From Moniliella sp. 'wahieum' (taxonomy: Eukaryota): 30,951 bases of DNA. Where the stretch lies: NCBI GenBank assembly GCA_003971905.1, contig RSEE01000132.1:124001-154951 (forward strand). The letters run 5' to 3'. The position numbers and the translations under genes were made by a program. The notes beneath the pieces were generated by a model that ran no database searches, was not told where the DNA came from, and saw nothing but the letters and a program-made list of their open reading frames with translations. Every line of letters starts with the position of its first letter. Positions within the stretch are counted from its first letter, which is position 1. Below are positions 1-10,548 of the stretch, in pieces.

Positions 1-1697
1 TTTCGCACTGGGACAATTTACGTGTCAAGCGGTCCAAAGCGGTGGCCATGCGTATATTTTATTGTGCGTAGCAGCCTTTTGTTCCAGTGCGATCGATCGA
101 GCATGTTCAGCGTCTTGTTGCGCCGCCTGAGCCGCATGAACACGTTGCTCGGCCTCACGTTGCGCCCGAAGAAGATTCTGTTGCGCTTCGCGACGCAGTC
201 GGACTGTTGTTTCTAATTCCAACGCGAGCGAATGACGTTCCTTGGCCAACTGGTCCTTGCCCTGCTGTAGTTTAGCATCGGCTGCTTGGCTTCCGCTAGC
301 AACCGCACCCCCCACGCTTCATGCGCCTTTTGGTCTGGTGCAAGTCGCGGCGCGTTTGGCGCAGAAGCTCGTTCAGCTTGCAATGCCGCTTGGTCCGCGG
401 CCAGAGCGGCTTCGGCTTGGTGGAACAGGTGGGTGCCCGTTTGACTTTGTTGTAGCACACGTTGTAGCTCGGCGCGCACACGTTCCGTCTCATGCAGCGC
501 GTTGGCAAGGCTGTTCATGGCGTCCTGGTGTCCATGCCCAGCAGAGAGGGAGGCAGAGGGAAAGGAAAAGCAAAAGGCGGGGAGGGGAGGAGAGTCAGTT
601 CCACAGATCCACCGAATGCAGCCGTACCATCCTCGTCCTACCTTGCTCCCATCCTACCGAGCCGTCATGGGCGCCAGAATGGCACAGGGAGCAAATGGGA
701 GCAAACGGGAACGAAATGGAAGAAGAGGCAGGGGGGAAGGGTAGGCAGGAGGGGACAGAGGGGCCAGAGGGGAGAAGGGGGGACGTACAGTCACCGGAGC
801 CATTTCAGCTTGCTTATTATCCGGCAGCAAAACCGGGAGGAAAGCACACACTTTCCTTCCTGCATGAGGCAAGGCATACAAGCGCAACCCATGTGCTGCC
901 ACCACATACTCCTGCAACGCCAGATGAAACTGGACGAGGGGTGGAGGAGTATCGCTCGCCTCGGCGGGCCAGCGGGCACGAACGATAGCTTGGTCCCGTT
1001 GGGCGGCACGGTGGCGTTGTTTCGCATGAGGGCGGGGCGACCGTTCTGGGCGAGGCAGGCGCGGTAGACGGGACGAGCGGGAAGAACGGTGGGCATGGGA
1101 AGAGGGTAGTGTGGACGGGGTACCTCGTGACTCAACCGCGCACAGGGCGAGCTGTCCCTCTTTGTCCCTCCCTGTCGTGGTGGCGGCGTTATCTTCAGAC
1201 AGAGATTGGGATTCCGATTCCGATTCCGAATCCACGTCCAAGTCCAAGTCCAAGTCCGATTCGGAGTCGGTGTCTATGCCGGAGTGGGTATCGGTAGGGG
1301 GTGGGGCGGGTAGGACGAGCGAGGGGAAGCGGGGGGAGGGGGACGTCGTGCGCGGCAGGAGGAGCGAGACGCGCGACCAGCACGTTTCCCCGCTCGGGGG
1401 AGCTGGGCGGGAGGGCAGGCGGTCGAGATCGGCAAGGGAGGCAAGGGAGGCAAGTGGGATGGGGTGGGCAGAGGGAAGCTGCGCAGTTGGGTGTCCAAGT
1501 CGGCCGGGTCAGAGGGGAAGGACGGATGGCGTGCGCACCAGCGTGCTTGCACTGCGGACAGTGCGCACTGTGCACGTCCCCGAGCGAGACAAACCATTGG
1601 GTGATGCACTTGTGGTGGAAATGTGCCCGCAGAGGAGCGCGGTGGGCGGGTTGTCGGACCCGCTGCCCAGGCTGCCGAGGCAGATGGAGCAGCCCAT
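1..1697 (-). CDS. RING-H2 E3 ubiquitin ligase with C-terminal coiled coil (TRAIP-like architecture); 3' end runs off the window
   Basis: ATG at 1697. Joining two frames across a 1-nt indel near 1620 gives MGCSICLGSLGSGSDNPPTALLCGHI(F)HHKCITQWFVSLGDVHSAHCPQCK, a C3H2C3 RING-H2 with the conserved W. An acidic/low-complexity linker follows (ORF 654..1253). A phase-0 intron at 525..788 joins EMAPVT to DAMNSLANALHETERVRAELQR. The A/Q/E/R-rich heptad segments (ORFs 213..518, 25..315) continue in a shifted frame as RMATALDRLTRKLSQCE at the window edge. Confidence 0.7.
525..788 (-). other. Spliceosomal intron in the RING/coiled-coil gene
   Basis: Donor GTACGT at 788, branch AACTGAC near 594-600, pyrimidine tract, acceptor CAG ending at 525. 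Splicing preserves the frame. Confidence 0.75.
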
Positions 1698-1840
1698 GGG
1701 TGGGGGTGGGGGTGGGGATGGTGGTAGAGATGGTGGTAGAGATGGGGATGGGGATGGTGGTGGTGGGGGGAGATGGATATGGGGGTGGGCGAGGAGATGG
1801 TGGTGATGGTGGTGGAGAATAGGGTGGGATGAGAGACTGT

Positions 1841-1875
1841 CGCGTCGCTGGCGTGTCGCGTCGCGTAGGGTTGGG
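1841..1875 (-). promoter_or_regulatory. Two GCGACGCG (MCB-like) motifs plus CCCAACCCTA upstream of the RING gene
   Basis: Plus strand shows cgcgtcgc at 1841-1848 and 1857-1864 and tagggttggg at 1866-1875, about 145-180 nt upstream of ATG 1697. The same motif set lies upstream of RAD5. Confidence 0.45.
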
Positions 1876-2013
1876 GTGGGCGCCGTGCGGAGGCGAGTGA
1901 AATTGCAATGGCCTACGAGCAGCCGCAACAACCAGCACAGATCCATCCATTCAGCCCCTCTGGTCCACACCACCACCGAACGCACACCACACCCACACAC
2001 ACACAGCCCAACT

Positions 2014-4468
2014 TCATCCTACACGCCCCAACTCCCCCTCCTCCTCCCCATCCTCTTCCGCCGCCTCGCTTCCATCATCTGCATCCTCGCTCGCGGCCAC
2101 CGCATAGGACCGTCCCAGGGGGCTCCTCGACCACCCCTCTTCCGCCAGCCCACTTCCCGCCGTCGAGCGCGTCAGCTGGGTCGCTTGCGAGTACACTGAC
2201 GACGGTTCCAACAGCGACACGGGTGGGCGGTAGGTCAATTTGTGGTGGCCAGGTGTCTGTTGCTGTTGCTGTAGCCGTTGTTGTTGCTGTTGTTGTTGCG
2301 GTAGGTCAAGTTGTTGTTGGTGTTGGTGTTGAACTTGGTGTCGCACTTGTTGTTGCCGATGGCGGTGGTAGCTGCGGTAGCGGTGATGACGTTGCTGGCG
2401 TTGCTGGCGTTGCTGGCGCTGGCGCTGGTGGTACGCACGGGCTTGTTGCTGGCTAATGTGCGGGCGAGTAACGTAGGTCCTCGTAAGGGGAGAGTATTAA
2501 TAATAGGAGACGCTGACGCTCCTACCCCACCCGAAGTGGTAATGCTAATGCTAATGCTACCTCGTTTCTTGTACCTGTGCGTGGAGCTACCTCCCGGTCG
2601 GTGGGATGAGTGGGATGAACCATCGAGTCCACGTACGACGACAAGGTGAATGATGACGATACTTTGATCGTGTTTTCAGACGACTTGAAACGACCCGAGA
2701 CACCCCCCGAACGACCATCCGAGTCGCCATCAGAACCGCAGTCGGAATTGGAATTAGAATTGGAATTGGTCTGCGAATTGGAATGGGAATCAATAGTGGC
2801 GGTGTACTCGATCCCGCGTCGTCCTGAGGTAGAAGATCGAAGGCTCAGTTGACTCTCTCGTTCCCAAGGCCAAGACGCAACTTCATGATGGCCGTGCGTA
2901 GCATCCTTCAGTGGCGGCGCAGCAGCCTTCCTTGTCGCCGTCGCCGTTTCCCCGTCGCCATCGTCACAGTCATTGGGAGGGCAACAGAAGAAGAAGGAAC
3001 GGAAAGCAAGGAAGAAGGGACCAACCCATGTATATCTGCCATACGCTTTTCGTCCTCCGAATCCTGCTCACTCGTCGATGCAGCAAGGGAAACCAAGTAC
3101 TCCACCGGCTCCTCCCCCCGCCCGCTCGAGGGACGAAGGAAAATATCATTGTGGTCCCATACCTTGGTCTCGTACGGGCACGAAGGTGGGGGGCACAGCG
3201 TCCGACGCTGACTCCGACTCGCACTCGCCTTCACACTCGAATTCGAATTCGTCCTTGCACTCATGACACTCTTCGGACACGGCCAAGATGGTGCCGTCGT
3301 GATCGAGAAACGAGGAGAGGTGAGCTAGATCACCGGACGAAGATTGGAACATGGGAGGTCCCACGCCGGGTGGGACATCTTGGCCCGCACGGCCCCTAGG
3401 GTTGGGGGTTGACGGTCGCGCGGGTCTAGTACACCCCAAGGTGGTGGGGGGAGAAAGGGAAGAAGCAGGATGAGCGAGGTGGCGGGACGACATGTGTGGG
3501 GAACAGGGTGGATGGAGGACGGATGCAGTAGGGCGAGAGGGCAGTGGCCGGCGCATAAGAGCTGGGCTGGGCCTGCTGCCGTCGACGGCATGCTCGTGAG
3601 GGAACCGATCTTCAGGTACAAGCTGGTCCCATGGGGAGGAGGAGGAGGGGGCAACGCGACGGTCGATGCCCATGTCCATGACCATGTCCATATTAGCTCG
3701 ATCGGGCCAACGTGGGCCATACGAAGGAACGTAGAGGGCAGAATGATCATACGAAGCATGCATACCCGAGGGGACGCCGTGCCCGCTGTACGCACCCGTG
3801 GAACGGTTGGAACTGTCGCCACCAAGGGTCCAATCGAGCGAGACGCGGGACATGCGGGAATCGAGGCGGTGGGCAAAAGACACTGTACGGTTGTGGTGGC
3901 GATGTGTGTCTTGCGCAGCAGCACGGATACCAGCACCACGAGCGCCACGAGGGGGCAGACGATGGCCGCGGCCTTGCCTGCGGGTGAGGTGGCCATGGGC
4001 CGAGAAGACACTGACGACGCTGGTGTGGGCGTGAGCGGGGGCGGGTAAGCGTCAGCGGGAGGGCGATGGCCCGGCGGAAGGCGGGGTGTAGGCAGCGACA
4101 AAGACGGGTCCAGCGGGCGTCGCGGTGTCCCATGGCTGGTGCGGGTGCGGGACGAGGGTGAGGAAGAGGGAGGCGTTGGCGGCGACGGCGGGGTCGGTGA
4201 CCCACCAGTAAGGCGCGAGCTTGATGTGCGCATGGCCGGCGTTGGTGGCGAGGCGGCGCCAGGCATGGAGCGGCAGCAGCTGTGCTTCCGAGGCGCGGTA
4301 GACGTACAGGTCGAGCGCAGGCCACGGCGCCCAGCAGCGCCCATCCCAGCGCACGTCCGTCATCTGCGCCGTGTCGACGACGGCGGCGGCGGCGGGGGCG
4401 GTGTAGCCGTGGCTGAGCAGACACGCGGTGCGCGTCTCGGCGGTGGTGTTGGTGGTGGGGATGGCCAT
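2014..4468 (-). CDS. Uncharacterised single-pass membrane protein with a long low-complexity tail (multiple frameshifts; 3' end uncertain)
   Basis: ccgccATGG start at 4468. A globular-looking N-domain (VRWDGRC...LDLYVY...LHAWRRL...LAPYWW...PAGPVFVAAY) is followed by a Pro/Ser/Thr stalk and the hydrophobic segment GKAAAIVCPLVALVVLVSVLLRK. Overlapping minus-strand ORFs 3146..3883, 2908..3264 and 2014..2346 supply S/P-rich, acidic and poly-Q sequence. Confidence 0.55.
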
Positions 4469-4779
4469 GGCGGAGGGGGGGGGAGAAGGGGAGGGTGAAG
4501 GGGACGGAAGAGGGGAGGCATATATACCCTACTCGCCCGAAGCATGGCCAGCTGCATGCGCCCCGCACTGCAGCGCACGCCGGCTGCCACAGGCGCCGTG
4601 CGGGTGCGCTGTTGGTGGGCTAGGGTTGGGCGCTAGGGTTGGGCGTGTGCGCGACGCGCTGCGACGCGTGCTCTGGCCGCCACTCAATCAATATTCAGAC
4701 GGCGTCAGCATCAGAACGCAGGCTACTCAAATTACTCACGACAGCCACCACATTGCATTTGCATTCTTTTCCCACCGCC
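4469..4779. promoter_or_regulatory. Divergent promoter between the membrane-protein gene and RAD5
   Basis: 311 nt between head-to-head ATGs. TAGGGTTGGG at 4621-4630 and 4634-4643. GCGACGCG at 4651-4658 and 4661-4668, the second extending to the MCB core ACGCGT. ATATA-rich element near 4520. Confidence 0.55.
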
Positions 4780-7700
4780 ATGGCCGACGACTTTTTTGCC
4801 GCCGCGCCCCTCTTCTTCCCCGACCTCGACGACGAGCACGACGCTCCCCCCGCCGAGGACGTCCCTCCCGTCGCTGAGCACGACCCTCCCGCCGCCTCGC
4901 CTCCTCCGCCTCCTCCGCGCCGCAGCAAACGCACCCACACCACCGCCTTCCCCCCGCGCCCGCCGCTTGCCCGCCGATCCAGCCCGGGCGCCAACCAGCC
5001 TCTTCGCCCGCGGCCGCCGTCGTGGTCAGTGACTCGGACTTGTCCGACCCGACCACCGCCGCAGCCGCAGTCCCAGCCCCGGCCCCCACCAGCACCAGCA
5101 CCAGCACCGGACCTGCAGCTGGGCCAGCCCGCGACGTGCGCACGCACCGAGGCGAGACGGCGTTGCTGGCGCTGCCGTGGGAGCGGGTGTACATGGGCGC
5201 GTTTGTGGTGCAGGCGTGGTCGACGGTGAGTGGGTCTGGGTGGCTGCGGATTGGGGACCGGGTGGATCTGGTGAACCAGGTGGACCAACCAGCTTCCAAG
5301 GTCGCGTCCGCCCCGCCCCGGGCCAAGAAGAGCAAACAGACCACTTTGGCTGCTGCGTTTTCCGCGCCCAACAAGGCCACCTCCCTCGCCCACTCAAGAC
5401 GCGACAGTAACATTCTCATCCGCTTTACCAATCCACAGGGTTCGAGGTGGGTCGTGTGTTGAAGCAGCACGCGGCCTGGTTGGCCAAGCTTATGCGCCAC
5501 CACCTCGTCCACCTCCAGGGTAACGTGGTGGACTGTCCTTCGCGGTTGGAGATGGGGTCGGACGTGTTGTTGTCGCTCGACGTGTACCTTTTGCGCCACG
5601 TCTTTCTCGATGCGGGTACCTACACTTTTTCCCGTCCGGGTGACGACCCTTCGGGCATGCGTACCACCCGCCGCGAGCAGCTAGACGGGTTCGAGTCGGA
5701 GCGGGAGTACGAGCTGGCACAGCGCAAGAACATGTTCCTCTCGCTCTTTGACCAGCTCAACATGCGTCCCAAAACACAACAAAAGGATACCCAGTGGATG
5801 CCGATCGGCAAGGGCGTGCAGCCCCTGCAGCCTTCCGAGGGGGACAACGACGAGCCCGCGCCCGATGGTACCGAAGTCAGTGCCGACTTGGTTGGTCAGT
5901 TGTTCCATTCCGCTGCTACTGAGTTCCTCCCCGACCCGTCCCAACGATTTGCCCAGGGCGACCGGCTGCCGCCTTTGCCGGAAAAGGAGCCGGCAGCGAG
6001 CTTTGCATTGCAACTCCGGCCGTACCAGAAACAACGCTGTGGTGGATGGATGCAATGGAGAGTGCTACGTCCAACGCGCCTGCGCCCGGTCGGAACAGCT
6101 CGGTAACGAACATCTTCACCCGCTTTGGAAAGAGTACGTCTTGCCCCCTCCGCCGGACGGGGACGCAAAACAGGAACAGGTCGCGCCCCGACAGTTTACT
6201 TCAAGTACGTTATTTCCCCAATATAAGTTCTGGGTTTTGGATTCTGGGTATGGATGGCTGACCACGGATCTTCCCTCCCCTCTTTCTCTCTCGATCCCTA
6301 GTCCCTACACGGCGATTTGCGCGTCACCTTCCCTGCTGCGGGCAAGGGGTCTCGCGGGGGCATTTTGGCGGACGAGATGGGGCTGGGCAAGACAGTGATG
6401 CTAGCCAGCTTGCTGCACACCAATCCGCCTTTGAGTTCGAGTTCGGCGGAGGAGTGGGACGGGATTGGACCGCTGGCTGAGGTGGTGAGGCGGGCACGTT
6501 CCCACGCGGTCGGGCGACACTGGTTGTGGCGCCCATGTCGCTGATTGGACAATGGCAAGACGAGTTGGCACGAGCGAGCAAGAAAGATACGTTACGTGTA
6601 CAGCTGTACTATGGTTCGAAGACCGATACCTTTCCTGGGCTTCTGCAGCGGGCAAGGTGGATGTGGTGATAACTTCCTATGGCACCTTGGCTTCGCAGTG
6701 GCATGCGCTCACGCCCCTCCTGGCCGAGATGGAGGGTGCGAGCGACGGGCGGAAAACATTGTTGGCCAAGCAAATCCAACGCACCTGTCCTCTCTTTGGT
6801 GTGGCGTGGCACCGAGTCGTGCTGGACGAGGCACATGTGATCCGTAACCGTGCGACGCAGACGGCGCGTGCGACAGCGGCGTTGCAAGCTACACGACGGT
6901 GGTGTTTGACCGGGACACCAATTGTGAATCGGTTGACAGACTTGTTCCAACTGCTTGCGTTTTTGCGTGTTGAGCCATGGGGCAACTGGGCCTTCTTTCA
7001 TGCGTTGGTGGCACAGCCGTTCCAGGCCAAGAACCCTGCCGCTTTGGACATTGTCGCAGCCATTTTATCTTCGACGTTGTTGCGTCGGGAAAAACGGATG
7101 CGGGACGAGGAGGGTCGTCCGATTGTTGCGCTGCCCCAAGACGTACGACGTGCAGGAACTACCACTGTCGCCTGTCGAGCGCGAAATTTACGACAACGTC
7201 TATGCGCAGGCTAAGCGACGGTACGATCGTTTGGTCCAGCATGGTTGGGGACGTAAAGTGAGTTTAATCTTTGCTGTGCTGATGCGTCTTCGGCAAGCTG
7301 TTTGTCACCCGGCCCTCGTACCCTGTTACAACGATGACGATGCGGTACACGATGACGCATGGAGCGAGTCCGACGACGATGCCCAAGTCGAACGTAAAAC
7401 TAATGCTTTGATTGCCGATTTGGTCCGCCGCTTTGGTCACGACAATAAAGACCAGCCTGATTTTGCCCGCCGCGCACTGGAGGACTTGACGCGTACCCAG
7501 CGTCCCCGTCCTGCTGCCGCGTGTGATTCGGACGAGCAAGAGGGGAGGGACGAACGGGCGGAGCGGGCGTTGGGTTCTGCGGACGGTACTGCAGATGGAA
7601 CGAACAGTGCGGAGGGTGCGGACGCCCCAAGAGAGATACCTGTGGCGGTTTCTCTGGACAAGGGGAAGGACAAAGAGACGGAGACCGAGATGGACATGGA

Positions 7701-8542
7701 GTGCCAGCTGTGCCTGGAGGAAGTAAAGGAGAAAGCCTACTTGCCCAAGTGCCTTCACTCGGCGTGCTACGACTGTTTGGTCGAGGATCCAAGCGGAGGA
7801 AGCACAAGGCCATGTGCCCCTCTGTCCCATGTGTCGCGCAGGCCCGATTGGGATAGACGATTTGGTGCGCGTACCAAAGGAGGAGACATCAGCATCAGCA
7901 TCGGCATCAGCATCCTCAGCATCGGCATCAGCATCGGCGTCAGTATTGGCCTCGGTCTCCGCCTCCTCCGCGTCTGGTTCCGACCCGGGCGCCGCGTCCG
8001 CGGGCACGCCACCCACTGGGGAGAGTCGGGAAAGCACCAAGGTGGCACGTTTTCGTGCGCTGGAGCATCTGCGCATCACGGAGCCCGAATTTAAAGCGGT
8101 GGTATTTTCGCAGTTCACTTCGTTTCTCGATATTGTGCAGACGGTGTTGCGTCGTGCTGGGTTTGCGACGGTGCGGATTGACGGGTCGACGTCGCAAGCT
8201 GCGCGGGCGGCGGCGGTGCGTCAGTTTGACGATTCGCACAGCGGTGTAAAGGTGATGTTGGCATCTACGCGTGCGGCGGGGGTAGGACTCAACTTGACAC
8301 GTGCGAATCATGTGTGGTTATTGGACTGTTGGTGGAACGCGTCGACGGAGGAGCAGGCGGTGGACCGCGTGCATCGGATTGGTCAAACAAGGCCCGTTGT
8401 CGTACACCGGATCTTGATCCAGGACTCGATTGAGCAGCGCATCATGCTCATCCAGCAGCGCAAACAGGCTCTCGTCAATAATGCCCTGGGCAAACAGGGC
8501 GGCGACTTGCAGGAGAACTTGAAGTTGCTCTTTTCGGATTAG
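4780..8542 (+). CDS. RAD5: DNA repair protein Rad5 (HIRAN + SNF2 ATPase with inserted RING + helicase C); several frameshifts, one intron at 6205..6301
   Basis: HIRAN-like YMGAFVVQAWSTVSG...LIRFTN...GRV...LQGNVVDCP...DVLLSLDVYL. Then LRPYQKQ, HPLWKEY, FYFN|PY across the intron, RGGILADEMGLGKT, DVVITSYGTL, WHRVVLDEAHVIRN, RRWCLTGTPIVNRL, LMRLRQAVCHP, RING CQLC...CLHSACYDC...CPMC, KAVVFSQFTSFLD, GVGLNLTRAN and EQAVDRVHRIGQ. Ends LKLLFSD*. Confidence 0.95.
6205..6301 (+). other. Spliceosomal intron in RAD5
   Basis: GTACGT donor, GCTGAC branch at 6257-6262, pyrimidine tract, TAG acceptor. Splicing restores the conserved FNPY. Confidence 0.85.
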
Positions 8543-9146
8543 ACGCCTGTCTCTGTCCATCCGACCGGATGGATCCAACTGCAAGACCAGCCATCCGAGG
8601 GCGAGGCACTCAATTCGACGGGTCTCCTTGTTCGCTTCCATCTACCCCTCGGCCTCCTCGGCCGGCTCCCTTTCCATCGGTTTTCCATTGCCGTCGCGTT
8701 GCTACGAATGCATTCTTTCTCCTGCCGGGCCCACTGCGTCGCATCGGGGTTCTCAGTCGGCATGGCTCGTGCCTCGGCGTGACCCTTTTTTCTGTATCGC
8801 AGCAGAATCTCGTCGTAGTTTCTTCCCAAAGCAGTGGCTCCACCTCCTTCCCTTCCTACAGTATATCGGAGGGGGCCGCAGACACCGTGGCCACAGACTG
8901 GGACTCCAGCAGCCGCAGGACCCATACTTAGCTCACCTACACGTGCACTAACACACTATCATCTTCCTCCTCATCCTCCCACCCTCCTTCCCACTCTCCC
9001 GCTCATCCTGATACCAGGCAGACCGACCTAACCCCCACTCGTATGCTGCTCGTATGCAACTCGTATGCATCGTTTTCTCGACCGCGGACTCTGGGCAGGT
9101 GCACGCACCCCAAGCGGACCCGTCGGATCCGGCCTTGTACCTCTTC

Positions 9147-10324
9147 TTACATCTCCCCACACTCTGCACAGGTTCAGGTTCGCGTCAGTTCTCCCTTCCT
9201 CTTCCCCTTCTCGGTCTTCCTGTCGTGCCTGGCACAGACTGCGTCCCCCTCACCCCCTCGCTCCCACTCCGCTGCTAGGTGTGACCCCCTGGCGCACTCG
9301 CGCACTAGAGGGGCGTAGGACGTACCTGTAATTTTGACTTCGAGGCGGGGCCGGTTGTTTGTGCCAGTGGTGATGTTTTCGATCCGGCGAACGGTGAGCA
9401 TGCCATCGACCACCTTGCCAAATACCACATGTTTGTTGTTGAGAAATTCGGCTGGGGCAGTGGTGATGAAGAATTGGCTGCCGTTGGTGTTGGGACCGGA
9501 ATTGGCCTGCCCGTCCCGCCCACGTGGACACACGTCAAGAGTATGCGGTGAAGAGCAAAGAGCGAAGAGTAAAGAGTAAAGAGCAAATGGCAAAACATAC
9601 CAGCCAACACAAAACCAAACACAAAAGGAAAACGTTAGTTTTGTCCTCCTTGACCCTCCACAACCACCATCGTCACTACCACCTGCGCTCGCCTCGCCTT
9701 CGCTCCATGGGGGCGCGCACGTGAAGCACCAGGACGCATGGAAGGAGACGGAGACGAAGAACGAAGGAGACGCAGAAGGAGAAGAGACGCAGCAGGCAAA
9801 GGGGAACACTACCATACTGAGCAACCCAGGACCGGTATGTTTCTCGGTAAAGTTTTCGTCGGGAAAGGTAGGTCCGTAGATGGAGAAGGAACCTTTTCCA
9901 TCGCCCTCGGTAAAGTCGCCGCCTTGGATCATAAAGTCCTTGATGACGCGGTGGAAGGTGCTGCCCTTGTAGCCCATGGGGATGTGGTTGACCCTGGGCG
10001 CAAGGGACCAATGGACCACGTGCCAATTCGTTCGTCAGCCACCGCGCTCCCACAGCCACACACACACACAGCAAGAGGGGCAGGGGGCGACGTACCGATG
10101 CTCGCCCGTGCAGAGTTGGCGGAAGTTCTCGGCGGTCCTGGCGGCGGAGGGAGAGAAGAGGAGGGAGGGTCAGCACGCGTGCAGCGCGCAGAGAGGAGAG
10201 CGTACTTGGGCACCACGTCGCTGAAGAGCTCCATCTTGATGCGGCCGGCGGGTGCGTCGCCAATGGACACATCGAAGAACACCACCGGACGGCCGTCGGG
10301 GCCAGCGCCCTTGATCTCCGCCAT
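9147..10324 (-). CDS. PPIH: Peptidyl-prolyl cis-trans isomerase H (U4/U6 snRNP-associated cyclophilin H), 179 aa, 5 exons
   Basis: Exons 10324-10206, 10137-10096, 9993-9813, 9506-9326 and 9163-9147 total 540 nt with GT-AG junctions and no frameshift. Protein: [22 protein letters not shown]...[50 protein letters not shown]...[23 protein letters not shown]...[21 protein letters not shown]...[16 protein letters not shown]. The [24 protein letters not shown] and CGEM ending fit the CypH subfamily. Confidence 0.92.
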
Positions 10325-10548
10325 GCTTGCGACGATCGCTGAAGCGGATGGGGCCCAACGCCTTGCTTGCTCCGGCCATGTCCCGAGGCCCGTGGCCAGC
10401 CTGCTGACCTAATCGCCTGCTGGCACGCCCGCCGTGCGGGGGCGCGGCGGAACAGGGCGGAATAAAATTTGTTTTTTTGTTCGCTTGGCCGTCGGTGGGT
10501 TGGTGGGCGGGTGGATTGGGCTGCTGCATCCCCACCGCCTCCATCGCC
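10325..10548. promoter_or_regulatory. Compact bidirectional promoter (cyclophilin H / NOP12)
   Basis: Only 224 nt separate the divergent ATGs. A single AT-rich island, AATAAAATTTGTTTTTTT, lies at about 10461-10478 in otherwise GC-rich DNA. Confidence 0.55.

Noticed and set aside
4621..4643. TAGGGTT motifs as interstitial telomere remnants
   Set aside because: Isolated single units in promoter positions, not tandem TTAGGG. I treated them as candidate cis-elements.
4780..8542. RAD5 and other genes as pseudogenes or programmed frameshift cases
   Set aside because: Catalytic motifs are intact, indels cluster in homopolymers and nearly all long genes are affected, which fits sequencing error best.
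8539..8925. 128-aa minus-strand ORF between RAD5 and cyclophilin H
   Set aside because: No recognisable motif and it abuts the RAD5 stop. It probably lies in convergent 3' UTRs, though a small orphan gene cannot be excluded.
9174..10019. 281-aa cyclophilin ORF with a hydrophobic insert
   Set aside because: Read-through of introns. The spliced 179-aa model has canonical junctions and the CGEM end.
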